Below, piece after piece: positions 25,215 through 37,562 of a stretch of 64,000 bases of DNA. How positions within the stretch are numbered: position 1 is the stretch's first letter; the number at the start of each line of letters is the position of its first letter. The notes under the pieces were generated by a model. It saw nothing but the letters and a program-made list of their open reading frames with translations, did no database searches and had not been told where the DNA came from. Where the stretch lies: positions 48,179,521 through 48,243,520 of the forward strand of contig NC_057728.1 in assembly GCF_004010195.1 (NCBI RefSeq), written 5' to 3'. A program made the position numbers and the translations under genes. Origin of the DNA: Chiloscyllium plagiosum (Eukaryota).

Positions 25215-25624
25215 TGTTAGAGGTTAGAGGTTACAGTCACTTGTGTGGATGGAGATGGGGGAGGGGATGATGAGGGTGGGAGCTGACCTCTGTCGATATT
25301 CTAGCTGATGGAACAGAAGCAAGCAACTGACTGAAGGGATAACCCCCCACCCCCCAAAAAAACCCTGAGGTACACATGTAGTCGGTGTGTGGTGCATTCC
25401 AGTGTCTTTGACCTTGTTGCGAAGTTGAATGATGTGCCATTGTTTCCAAACAATTCCAAGTTAAATATAGGAGTGGGGGCTTGTGTTTTCTGTCAATTCG
25501 GGATCGAAGTTTAACGGAATGGTATCGATATAGGCTAGAGTAATGGATCTGCTGTGGAGAGGTTTCTCTTATGTAATTGGCCAAAGATCCTGCGTCTGTG
25601 CAGTGAAGACACTGAATTGTTTGT

Positions 25625-25880
25625 CAAATAATGTCCACATACAGATGGTTACAATATAATGTCCAAATGCAGATTGCAATGAAGCATTGTTGAAATACAG
25701 ATTGCAATAAAGTAATGTCCACCGACAGATTGTAACAATGTTCACGTACAGATTACAGCAAAGTAATTACAGCAAAGATTGTAACAATACAAATACAGAT
25801 TGCAACAAAATAATGTCCAGCGACTGATTGTAACAATGTTCATATACAATTTGAAACAATGTAACATCCAAATATAGGTT
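25625..25880. repeat. Degenerate tandem repeat, about 23-29 bp period
   Basis: Recurrent AATGTCCA...ACAGATTG(T/C)AACAA units, about 9 copies, in intron 1. Confidence 0.75.
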
Positions 25881-25993
25881 GAATTGCAGCTGTGTAAGGG
25901 AGTGAGAGATCTTCCTTGATGTCTTATTTCTGACAGTGTAACTATGTGTTTTAACTGGTCTGTGTATATGTGTGTTGGTACTTCTCCCCACAG

Positions 25994-26395
25994 ACGGATT
26001 TCTGATCCTCCATGCTAGAAAGGAACAGTGCCTGCTGGGCAAAAACCTGAAGGTGTTGGTTGGCACATGCAAACTGAACAGCCGGTGGCAACAGTGGCAG
26101 TGGACGGGCCAGGGGAAACTGCGCCTCTGGCAGGTAGACCGGTGCCTGACTACGGTCAACACGACTCAGCGGCTGTCCCGCAACCTGGCGCTGCAGGAGT
26201 GCGCCCGGGCGCCTCGTTGGATGTGCGAGGATGAGCTGCCGGGCAGCCTCGGGCTCGCCCATCCGAGAATGTTCCTCAAGAAGTGGGGCTACTTGGCGGT
26301 GGTGTCGGCCCAGACGAAGTACTATGACAGCTGGCTCATGTACGAGCTCGGGGAGCACGGGGAGGCCGTTAAACTCAACTTGTGCCCAACACAAG
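25994..26395 (+). CDS. PTPRB: PTPRB exon 2, ricin B-type (beta-trefoil) lectin domain
   Basis: CTTCTCCCCACAG| acceptor and AAG|GTGAG donor, 402 bp, phase 1-1. DGFLILHARKEQCL..VGTC..QQWQWT..C..APRWMC..KY..SW resembles the human long-isoform GFQIVHVQKQQCL..QQWMWT..APRWTC region. Confidence 0.93.
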
Positions 26396-27860
26396 GTGAG
26401 AGATCCCGAGAAGTGGGCCTGTAGATGGGCCGACTTGCCACATTTCTCATATCCGTCGGGCTAACTAATCAGGAAACGGGCTCACTTTTTAAAGCAACTC
26501 TCTGGCGTCTCAATACAACACAAACATCTCTCATTGGTTAAAAACAAGAGAAATCTGCCCAGAAATAATTACACGCAAGGTTAGAGTTTACCAATAAGTA
26601 AAACCGAAGTCGCAGGTCAACCAGAGGGAGAGCACCTCCTATTATCTGCTGGGATCTGAACATCACATTGACCTTAAAATATGGGATTCGTTACCGTTTT
26701 CCGAGTAATCCCCTTGGAAACGCTATTAGGATGTTTTAAAAGCACAAGTTCTATCCCAAGGCCGAACTCATTTCACATAAGAAAGGTAGGAAGTGTAGAC
26801 AGAGACTTCCATCTCCTTTGTGTCCTCACCCTTGAGCTGCACCCTAGAGTGCGTTAGCGGTTAGAGGCCACAGGGGTATAAAAGACTGGGGAATGAAATC
26901 ACAGCCAGGAATGTTGATCCCGCTTTCCAGAAAGTGCAGAATGTGCACTTTGAAACTCCCGGAGAGCTGGAACATTAAAGGATGGGTGGCGGTTTCCTTT
27001 TCGGAATGATCTGGAAATCCAGAACTCTGTTGCAGAGGAAGGATATGACTCTGAGACAGGCCTTGACTCGTTTGATAGTTTAACTTCAACTTCAGAAACG
27101 AGGGGAGTGCTGATTTGTCTGGGAACATTTTTTTTTCCATGCCAAACAAATAAATGTCATAATTCGCCTAAAGACCATTATCCCTACTCCTGGGTGTAAA
27201 GCACTATTTACCCTGTATCGTAATTGAAAGAACGAATACTATCCACGTTTGTTTTAAAATTTAGAGATATTATTACACGCCTTTGGAGCAGCTGGGACTT
27301 GAACTCACACACCTACCCAGGCCAGAGGTAGGGTCACTGCCCCCGCGCCACAAGACCTCAATATTCCTTCACTATCTTTTTGGGACAAGGGTAGGGGATG
27401 CGGACAAACGCGTCCCGCTTGCAGCTTCAGGAGACAGGGATGTCTGTCTGCGCCCCCTCAGCGGGTTAGCTGCTAGGGAAAGTGAAATGGGTTACATTCA
27501 ACAGGTGTGTGTGGAACTAAAAATAAAAAGGCGGCGTGTTTCTCCAGAGGAATTTGTGATTTTGAAAAAGGAAACAATCGTGAAAGTGAGGACGGTGCAG
27601 GAGTTGAGAGCCCCACGGAGCTCGGACAGCATTTGGTCACCTTCCTGGTCCTGCTCCTGCTTGACAATATATATTTCCTTTCTTTGGTTTGCCTCATTCC
27701 TCCTGGACTTCCTGTACTCGTTCACGTTTTGCTTCTCTTTCTCTGCTGCACTGATGTTCACTCTGCCTTCATCCAAAGCGCAGAGTGGGTCCCCACTCCA
27801 CTGCCTCAGCATTTGACTGCCCCATCCCTATCAATGCCTCTCTCCTTCCGACTCGGAGAA

Positions 27861-28026
27861 TGATGTGGAGATGCCAGTGTTGGACTGGGGTGGACAAAGT
27901 TAAAAATCGCACAACACAAGGTTACAGTCCAACAGGTTTATTTGGAAGCACTAACAGCACTCCGAAAGCTAGTGCTTCCAACTAAATCCGTTGGGCTATC
28001 ACCTGATGTTGTGTGATTTTTAATTT
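27861..28026. mobile_element. Palindromic PLE-derived element (51211 family), centre deleted
   Basis: GATGTGGAGATGCCAGTGTTGGACTGGGG..CCAACAGGTTTATTTGGAAGCACTA..CCGAAAGCTAGTGCTTCC..GTGATTTTTAA. Confidence 0.8.
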
Positions 28027-28254
28027 CTGGAAGAATGACCAATGGGAATAGCAGCATGTTGGGACTGCTGGGTGACTCTGCTATGTTTGGGGGAAACGGG
28101 TGAATTGGTCACAAGCTTGTGTCATAAGAGAATGATGTGGATCTTGGGTGTAGGGAGGGAGATGCTAAGGGGCTTGAAGCATTGTAGTAGCAGTTTGAAG
28201 GTGTGATATTCAACTGGATGCCATCCTTAACAGGAGGCTTGCGCGGGGTGGGAG

Positions 28255-28505
28255 GTAATCCTGCCATGGCAGATAGTGGAAACTGAATTGAAAAAAAAAA
28301 TCTGGAATTAAAAATCTCATGATGACCATGTCAGGAAAAAAAAACTTATCTGGTTCACCCATTTCCTTTAGGAAAAGAAATTGCCATCCTTACCTGGTCT
28401 GGCTTACACGTGACTCAGACCCTTAACTGCCCTCTGGACAATGGGGAATATGCAATAACTGTTCGTCTAGCCAGAGACGCCCACATCCTGTTAATGAATA
28501 AAATA
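28255..28505 (+). mobile_element. SINE (51933 family), 5'-truncated; its tail forms the outer end of the large inverted repeat
   Basis: AATCTGGAATTAA..GATGACCATG..CTGGTTCAC..CCTTTAGG..CCATCCTTACCTGGTCTGG..GCCCACATCC..AATGAATAAAA. Confidence 0.7.
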
Positions 28506-29558
28506 AATAGAGTGCCTCCTCAGATTAGCGATAATGCTTTAAAACTGTTCCTCTTGCAATTGCTACTTGCGATACCAAGCTAACTAATTTATTTTTACAA
28601 CTACAGTTTTACTTTCGCCTTCACAATGATGCATAGCAAGTTAGCTGCACAAGCTAGTGCAAATAGGTTTGAGAATCACATCCACATTTGATTTCCTTTG
28701 AATATGTGCACTGTATCTAAATAGTGTTACAACCCCTCAAATAGGTTTTCCCATATCTTTTAAAATGTTAGGAATTTAGCTTCAGACGTGGGTGAAATTG
28801 GGTTGCAAAGTTTTCATTCTGTGCTGTCAATTTCCTTACGAACGTCAGTATTGAACCTTTACAATACAATCAAATCCCCGTACTCTCCTAATTTGAAAAA
28901 TAGTCAGAGGGATGCTGACTTTGTGTTCGCAAAGCGTTCACCTAGTGGACAAAGTGTGAATCGCACCCTACAAAACATCCACTTGTGGATGCAGCAAGTT
29001 ACTGTAAGGTGGGGACCAGTTTACTTCACACTAAGCTAAGAAGCTGATCTATAAATATCTGGAGGCAAGGTCCAAACCCATTCCAAAATATAGGAGAGAG
29101 GGATTTTCTGGTTTCTGATTTGAATTCGTTCATTCAAACTAACTATCCACAACCTTTTGGATGTTATTGTTTGTTTAGCATCATTGATCATTACAGTAAT
29201 TCTCACGACTGATAATTTTTTAGAGATTTTTCCTTTATGTATCTCGCGTTTATCTTGAAATCTTGTCAATGCTTGACTTATCAATGAAAATAATCAGTTT
29301 ATTTTGTCAAATCCTTGTAGGATTTGAACAACCCTATCTCATCCACATGCAACCTATAAAAGCAAATAGTCTGAGTTATCTTAGGGTTTTCTTTACAAGT
29401 CAAAACCCATAATCTTGGCATTTGCCTGACAGATCTCATTACACTGTCTCTAAACTAATGTATATCCCCACTAACAAGGAGCCCACAAGTGTACACAGCA
29501 TTCCAAATATGATTTGGTCATTAGTGCAAAAACAAAATACTACAATTACTGGAAATCT
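28440..29558 (+). repeat. Large inverted repeat left arm, 1,119 bp (original copy)
   Basis: Reverse complement of 29894-31012. One difference noticed (29247 C vs 30205 A). Confidence 0.97.
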
Positions 29559-29573
29559 GAAATAAAACCAAAT

Positions 29574-29893
29574 AGAGGTGGGGAGTGGTGCCGGTGTAAT
29601 TACGGAAGATCATGCCTCCATCCGCCATGACCAGGGCCTCCAAGCCCTCCGTTTTTTCCTCTCCAGACGTTCCCAACAGTACCCTTCCACCGACACTCTC
29701 ATTCGTTTGGCCAAACTGGTCCTCACCCTTAACAATTTCTCCTTTGAATCCTCCCACTTCCTCCAGACCAAAGGGGTAGCCATGGGCATACATATGGGCC
29801 CTAGCTATGCCTGTCTCTTTGTTGGCTACGTAGAGCAGTTGATCTTCCGTAATTACACCGGCACCACTCCCCACCTCTTCCTCCGTTACATTG
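29574..29893 (+). mobile_element. PLE RT fragment with a 39-bp inverted copy at its left edge
   Basis: SIRHDQGLQALRFFL..LTLNNFSFESSHFLQTKGVAMG.HMGPSYACLFVG..HLFLRYI, truncated at the YIDD motif. 29574-29612 is the reverse complement of 29840-29878. Confidence 0.9.
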
Positions 29894-31012
29894 AGATTTC
29901 CAGTAATTGTAGTATTTTGTTTTTGCACTAATGACCAAATCATATTTGGAATGCTGTGTACACTTGTGGGCTCCTTGTTAGTGGGGATATACATTAGTTT
30001 AGAGACAGTGTAATGAGATCTGTCAGGCAAATGCCAAGATTATGGGTTTTGACTTGTAAAGAAAACCCTAAGATAACTCAGACTATTTGCTTTTATAGGT
30101 TGCATGTGGATGAGATAGGGTTGTTCAAATCCTACAAGGATTTGACAAAATAAACTGATTATTTTCATTGATAAGTCAAGCATTGACAAGATTTCAAGAT
30201 AAACACGAGATACATAAAGGAAAAATCTCTAAAAAATTATCAGTCGTGAGAATTACTGTAATGATCAATGATGCTAAACAAACAATAACATCCAAAAGGT
30301 TGTGGATAGTTAGTTTGAATGAACGAATTCAAATCAGAAACCAGAAAATCCCTCTCTCCTATATTTTGGAATGGGTTTGGACCTTGCCTCCAGATATTTA
30401 TAGATCAGCTTCTTAGCTTAGTGTGAAGTAAACTGGTCCCCACCTTACAGTAACTTGCTGCATCCACAAGTGGATGTTTTGTAGGGTGCGATTCACACTT
30501 TGTCCACTAGGTGAACGCTTTGCGAACACAAAGTCAGCATCCCTCTGACTATTTTTCAAATTAGGAGAGTACGGGGATTTGATTGTATTGTAAAGGTTCA
30601 ATACTGACGTTCGTAAGGAAATTGACAGCACAGAATGAAAACTTTGCAACCCAATTTCACCCACGTCTGAAGCTAAATTCCTAACATTTTAAAAGATATG
30701 GGAAAACCTATTTGAGGGGTTGTAACACTATTTAGATACAGTGCACATATTCAAAGGAAATCAAATGTGGATGTGATTCTCAAACCTATTTGCACTAGCT
30801 TGTGCAGCTAACTTGCTATGCATCATTGTGAAGGCGAAAGTAAAACTGTAGTTGTAAAAATAAATTAGTTAGCTTGGTATCGCAAGTAGCAATTGCAAGA
30901 GGAACAGTTTTAAAGCATTATCGCTAATCTGAGGAGGCACTCTATTTATTTTATTCATTAACAGGATGTGGGCGTCTCTGGCTAGACGAACAGTTATTGC
31001 ATATTCCCCATT
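29894..31012 (-). repeat. Large inverted repeat right arm, 1,119 bp (derived copy)
   Basis: Reverse complement of 28440-29558. Sits between the PLE RT fragment and a PLE 3' tail. Confidence 0.97.
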
Positions 31013-31108
31013 TTGCCTGTCCTCGGATGCTGCCTGAATTGCTGTGCTCTTCCAGCACCACTGATCCAGAACCTGGTTTCCAGCATCTGCAGTCATTGTT
31101 TTTACCTA
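31013..31108 (+). mobile_element. PLE 3' terminal sequence
   Basis: CCTCGGATGCTGCCTGA..GCTGTGCTCTTCCAGCACCAC..TCCAGCATCTGCAGTC, as at 11270-11350. Confidence 0.85.
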
Positions 31109-31354
31109 GTTCTCTTTCTGTACTACTATTTCCCATTTTATTCATGGTCCCTAATCTTTATTGTTGGATTGCCACTGCTCTTAAACTTGCTCCACATAAC
31201 CTGCCAGGCCTTCCAGCATGGCTTTGCCAGAAATATGGATTATAGTGTGCAGTGGAACAATACATTGCAGCAATGCAGAGTTGAGGTGAGACAGGATACA
31301 CCCGCTTTTAATGGCATTAATTATCTAAAGGTATATTTAAAAGTTCTTTGTAAA

Positions 31355-31760
31355 CAAGGGTGGATGGATGAGTAGTGAATGGGTAAAGTGATAGGGTGAA
31401 TAGGTGGGTGAGGTAAATGGATTGATGGGTAGGGTACTAGATGGATAGGCTGGTGGGAGGGTTAGGCAGTGAGGAAGTTAGTGGGTAAGGTGTTTGGTAG
31501 GTGAAATATAAGATGGGCAGAGTGGTGAGTTGGCAGATGGGTAAGATGGTACATGAATGGGTAACTAAATGGACCAGGGCTAGTCAGGTTGGGTCAGGAC
31601 AAGGCCAGTCAAATCTAGTTGGAGAGAAAGTTGGATGGATTGGGCAGTCAAGTGTGGAAAGCTTTCAGAGTAAATGGGGCAGAGTCAGGCAAGTGGAGGA
31701 TGTTAATTGAGGGGTTTGAGGAGAGTTAGGAGAGAATCAGGTGCTCATTGTGTGTGACTG
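31355..31760. repeat. G/purine-rich low-complexity tract
   Basis: Repeated GGGTAA/GGTGGG/GATGG motifs with few C. Confidence 0.55.
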
Positions 31761-32138
31761 GGGTCTCAGTTGTATAGTTACCAAGGACATAGACTAGGTT
31801 TTTTCTGGCTAACCTTTCCTGGTTAATTCCAGGTAAATCCAATTCAGAGACTTTTACAGAAAATCCTGGGGAGCAGGAAATTGCTAATCAGAAAATCAAA
31901 CTTCCCAATAATTCCCAAAGGGGTCAGCCTGTCAGAACTCCCCATATGTTGCAACAGTATCTTGGATCAGCATTTGGTTTCTGACAATCCAGAGACTGGA
32001 GGATTTGTGCCATTGACTGCATACCCACCATTATTCTCTCCTAAAATGGGTGTGGTCGATAATGGTTATGATGCTAGATCAGTAGTTCAAAGGAATTTGG
32101 CTCATATGGCATATTGTGAAATTTAATTCAATAAATTG

Positions 32139-32414
32139 GGGCAGCACGGTGGCTTAGTGATCAGCAATGCTGCCTCACAGCACCAGGGACCTGGATTTGA
32201 TTCCAGCCTTGGGCAACTGTCCATGTAGATTTTGCACATTCTCCCCATGTCTGTGTGGATTTCCTCTGGGTGCTCCAGTTTCCTCCCACAGTCCAAAGAT
32301 GTGCAGGTTACGTGAATTGGTTGTGCTAGGGTAGAGGGAATGGGTCTGGGTGAGTTACTCTTCAGAGGGTTGGTTGGGTCAAAGTGCCTGTTTCCACACT
32401 GTATGGGATTCTTC
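32139..32414 (+). mobile_element. HE1/V-SINE-like SINE
   Basis: GGGGCAGCACGGTGGCTTAGTG (A-box), TTTGATTCC, central domain and CCTGTTTCCACACTGTA tail. Confidence 0.85.
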
Positions 32415-33914
32415 TAAAAAAAACTGTGAATTTGTGCACTTGCACCAAAAAGACTGATCTTGAAACTTGCAAAATCTCAGATTAAATCCTCTTGCATTTT
32501 CTAATTAAAGGGAACACTGCCATTATGATTTAAGTTAAAACCTCTGCAGTCTCTGCCAGTCTCAGAATTTGTCCCAGTGCCTCAGAAATCCAAAACTATC
32601 CATCTGTGGATATTTTTCCTGTTCAACCTGTATAAAGGTGGTATTAAATGCCTCTGAAGCAGGTTGAACTTGAACCTAGGCCTTCTGGCCCAGATGTGGG
32701 GGATACAGTCGCAAGAACCCACTGCACCATTTGTAAACTTTCAGGCCAACTTGGGCTAATGTGTAACACTCAGCATAATTTGGAGCTTTGTTACTTAATT
32801 CACTATAGGATCATTTGAATATCAGTGTGTTACATCATTACTTAGGCTCCAATCATTGGAATTCACCTAAGGAGCAAAGCATCAATCATGTTTTTAATTA
32901 TTTTTGCAATCTTTATTATAATTTTCCCACCATAAAGTAGCAGAAAATCCAGTGAGTTATAAAAGACTGGAGATCTATAGCTGTGTTGCTCCAGCTGCTG
33001 TGGATATTTCTTCCTTTTCTCCACCAGTAAACATGACCAGTTACTCCCTGATTAAATAAGTAGCAGTTGACAAAACTATGGAAGCTGTATCAATTTTCTG
33101 CTTTGTACCACCACTGCCATGGGACTTTGTGATATTGGGAATAGTGATCAAGGTTTTTTTTTATTGGTTCAAGAGAGTACTGGTCACCACACTCTCTATA
33201 AGGACCCAAAACATTCAGTACTTGAGGGTATCAGTCCAATCCAATGTGCTCAATGAAAAGATTCTTTGAAGTCTTCAAGACCCTGCTTTAAATGGTACAC
33301 CCCCATTCTACTGCAGAATTCTAGACAGCATAGGTAGGTATGACAGTGAAACAGCTAAATGCCTACCCTGCATATTCAATCCACCCCAAACTAGAAAAAT
33401 AAGTTAGGCTCATGGTTAGGTCCAAACAGCAGGCAAAAATTCCATACATCCTTTCGACATGGAACAATCCTGGAACTGGCATCAATGCAATATACTTATT
33501 TTAGCTGTATTTGATAAACCATTGGAGGTGCAATAGATTTTAATAAATCTACATTAGGTTAGTTCTCATTTTCCATTTTGCCTTTTATTTCCTTGTTTGT
33601 ACGTACTCATCCTTGTTTGTAAACTCTGTCTGAGTTTGTGTGTTATTTCCCATTATTCCCTCTTCTGCCTCAGCATGTAGATTTGTTCTTCACAATAAAT
33701 TTTTTTTTGCTGTTCTTGAGGTGCATTTTGTGAGATCTCTGTAGTTGACACAGCTTGCAAGCTGCCTTAGTTTCCATGAATTTATACTCTACCATCTGTT
33801 TCTCCAATCTGTCCTTGTTATCGCTACACTTTCACTTCCTCGTATACCGCCATACCTCATTTTTCTTCTCTCATGCAACAAGTAATGTGGAAATGCAGTA
33901 GAAGATGCCTTAAA

Positions 33915-34432
33915 TATTCAACAGGGATGACAATTCTGGTCTATCGGAAAGATGTTGTGAAACTTGAAAGGGTTCAGAAGAGATTTACAAGCATGTTGCC
34001 AGGGTTGGAGGGAGAGATTGAACAGGCTGGGGCTGTTTTCCCTAGAGTGTTGGAGGCTGAGGGGTGACCTTATAGAGGTTTACCAAATTATGAGGGGCGT
34101 AGATAGGACAAATTGACAAAGTCTTTTCCCTGGGGTGGGGGGGTCCAGAACTAGAGGGCATAGTTTTAGGGTGAGGGAGAAAGATATAAAAGAGACCTGA
34201 GGGTCAACATTTTCACGCAGAGGGTGGTATACGTATGGAATGAGCTGCCAGAGGAAGTTGTGGAGGCTGGTACAATTGCAACATTTAAGAGGCATTTGGA
34301 TGGGTATATGAATAGGAAGGGATATGGGCCGGGTGCTGGCAGGTGGGACTAGATTGGGTTGGGATATCTGATCGGCATGGACAGGTTGGACCCAAGGGTC
34401 TGTTTCCATGCTGTACATCTCTATGACTCTGT
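33915..34432 (+). mobile_element. CR1 LINE 3' fragment (young family)
   Basis: YRKDVVKLERVQKRFTSMLPGLE, ending in CATCTCTATGACTCTGTGAC. Confidence 0.9.
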
Positions 34433-34853
34433 GACACTATCTGTAGAGAGACAGAGTTAACATTTTAGCTTGATGCCCTTTCATCAAAATGGGAAATATT
34501 AGAGATGTAACAGATTTTAAACAAATATAGAGATGGGGAGTGGTGAAGAAGAACAAAAGGAAAAGTCTAAAAGAGGCAAGGGAGATGAAATGACAAAAAA
34601 GATGGTACTGAAATGTAAATGGAACTGGTAAAAGGCAACAAAGGAGCCAAAGATTGATTGTGGAAAAGATTTAACTGGAAAAATCAGAATCAATTACTGC
34701 CTTCCAAAATTTCTGTTGGTATCTCCTTGGGAGCCATCCTTTGCTTTTTCACTTATCCCGTGACCACCTCCTTTTGTGCTTTTTGTCATTTAATCTCTCA
34801 TCTATATACCTCCTTGGCTTTGCCCCTCCATGAAATTTGTTGAATCTCTAACA

Positions 34854-35190
34854 TAGAATCATAGAATCCCTACAGTGTTGAAGCAGGCCATTTGGCCCAG
34901 CAAGTCCACACTAACCCTGCGAAGAGTAACCTATTCAGACCCATTCCTCTACTCTATTATCTTCTCTTTACCCCTGACTAATGCACCTAACCTACACATC
35001 CCTGAACACTATGGGCAATTTAGCATGACCAATTCACTTAACCTGCACATTTTTGGACTGTGGGAGGAAACTGGAACACCCGGAGGAAACCCACGCAGAC
35101 AAGGGGAGAATGTGCAAACTCCACACAGATAGCTACCCAAGGCTGGAATCGAACCCGGATCCCTGGCACTGCAAGGCAGCAGTGCTAACT
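34854..35190 (-). mobile_element. HE1/V-SINE-like SINE
   Basis: Reverse complement of the 32139 family, with ATAGAATCATAGAATCCCTACAGTG tail. Confidence 0.85.
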
Positions 35191-37562
35191 TGGTCAAGCC
35201 CCAAATAATACATGACTTGTGTTTTCCTCTCTCCATCCTCCTTGAACCAAAACAAAAGGAGCTGATTGAAAATTTATTTGTGGCTTAGAAACAACAGAGC
35301 TTAAGAAGTGTGCCTCATCTTGACCTGTAAAGATGGTAGGACCTCTGGAAAAGCTGATGATGATGTTTGGCTTGTAAACTGTAGGGGGTTTTCAATCTAC
35401 AAGACATCCAGGATGTAACATTTGTATGAAGTACCAAAGGGTAGCACTCTTTGAAAAATATGTGGTTGATTCAGAGCAGTGACTTTCCTCAATGTACCCT
35501 ACTCAAGGACAGAGGTTTCTGGATTAGCCATACCAGAGACTGGGGGAGGGTTTGCATGACAGATAGATAAAGAGGAGTACAGAGATGGCAGATGAGAGGG
35601 TGATCATTTGCCGAAAGAAAAGGAGACAGCAAATCCAGGAAATTCAGTACTCCTTGGAGCTGTCTTACAGGTATGAAATTTTAGATGCTTATTTAGTGAG
35701 CTACACTACTTAATTGAAGGTGGATGACTCGAGGGAAGCTGCTACCCAAGGTTATTCTGGAAAGAGAGAGAAGCTGGTAGGCAGATTAGAAAGGTTGTAT
35801 TAGTGGGTGACTCAATAGGTCAAGGGATAAGACCGTCTAATTTGCAAACAAGATTGTGACTCTTGTACAGTCTTTTGTCTCGAGTGCAAGGGCTTGGGAC
35901 AAAACTAAATTGCTGGATAAACGTCTGGAAAGGGAGGGTGAACAACCAGTGATTCTGGTTCACATGGGTACTAATAATGTTGAGATGGGTAGCATGGAGG
36001 ACTTGCATGATCGGTTTCAGGAGTTAGCGAGTAGAAATACTACCTGTGATATAACTTGCACTATTTATGCGAAAGCATATCAGGAAGGTAAATCATGGCT
36101 TGAGAGATGGTGTAGAAGGGAAGGGTTCAGATTTTTGGGACACTGGGGTCACTTTTGGGAAACGAGAAAGCTTTTCAGAAGGGCTGGGCTTTACCTGAGC
36201 AGGATGGAACTAATCTCCGACCTGAGGGAGTACATAGTGCAGTAGGAGTGGATTTAAACTTGGGTTGACTAATGAACCTAATTCTGGAAATACCAGAGAA
36301 GGTGAAAGAGAGATGGGGAATGAGAAAAACAAATGAGGGAAAGCTTGGTTGTTGACAGTGAACAAGGAAATGGGTGCCCTCCAATGGGCAAGGATGAAAT
36401 AAGGGCAGGGTTAAATTGTATGGATATAAATGCACAGAGTATCATGAATAAAATTGGAGAACTAGTAGCAGAAATTGCTCTTGGGGGGATATAACACTGT
36501 AGCATTGACAGAAATGTGGCTCAAGCCAGACAGAATTGGATGCTTGATATTTCAGGTTATGTGGCTTTTAGTAAAAACAGTATTATTGCCCTTGAACAGG
36601 ATGCATTCCCTGAATTAGGATCATGGAAGTGAAAAACATTAAGGGACCAGTGACCTTGTTGGGAATTTATTATTGACCTTCACCTAGTGGGGAAGAAATA
36701 AAAGAGATCATTTGAAGGCAGATTATGAAAATCTGATGAAAAAATAGGGTTCTGATAGTTGGTAATTTCAATTACCCTAGTGTAGATTAAGAAAAAGTTA
36801 GAGTGTGAGGCCCGGAAAGGGAGACATTCCTTCAATGTATGCAGGATAACTTTATATATAACATAATATATAAACTTCATGAAAAATAAGTCAATTTTTG
36901 ACAGTCAACATGGCTTTTTCAAGGGCAGGTCAAGTGTGGAAATTGATTTGAATTCTTTGATGAGGTAGGATGAGGGCAGTGCTGTGGATGTTGTATATTT
37001 GGACATTCAGAAAGCATCGGACACTGTGCCATATGGCAGGTTGGTTAACAAATTAATACTGTTTAGGATTGATGTGTCCGTGGTAGTATGGATTAGAAGT
37101 TGGTTAAAAAGTGGGAAACAGTTTGTATGTGAGCATTTCTCAGATTGGAGATGAGTTGAAAGTCTTTCCTAGGTTTAGGTGTTGAGAGGCTTGTTTTGAG
37201 TTTTATAAATAATTTGGAGATGGATGTTTGAGGACAAAAGTCCCTAAATTTGCAGATGATACTAACCTAGGGTGAATAGTGAATTGTGAAGAAAATGCTG
37301 AGTGACTTCAGAGGGCCATTGACAAAACTGGCCAAATAGCAGACGCTTGGCAGATGAATTTCAATGCAGAGAAATGTAAGATATTGCACCTTGGTAGGAC
37401 AAACACAGATGATATGTGCTCAATGGTACAACTCTGGATCGAATACAGGAGTACAGGAACTCTGAGCTCACACGCATAATTCTCTGAAGGTGGCCAGGGA
37501 AGTTGAGCTGCATATCAGACCCTCCAGTCCTACCTGTCCATGCCAACCTAAATTAGTCTAGC

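Noticed and set aside
24275..25270. Two ORFs sharing a 50-aa peptide, suggesting a duplicated small gene
   Set aside because: The shared peptide is just the translation of the 153-bp inverted repeat; there are no coding features.
26877..26884. TATAAAAG with upstream CCAAT motifs in intron 2
   Set aside because: No downstream exon or ORF support, and the motif is expected by chance in 64 kb.
27498..27812. Charged 104-aa antisense ORF
   Set aside because: No recognisable family or splice context; it is the mirror of a pyrimidine-rich + strand.
28788..30664. Duplicated 83-aa and 82-aa ORF pairs
   Set aside because: Products of the 1.1-kb inverted duplication; non-ATG starts and no homology recognised.
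32139..32215. tRNA gene (A/B boxes; likewise at 56833 and 51933)
   Set aside because: These are SINE heads that continue into SINE body and tail, with no complete cloverleaf.
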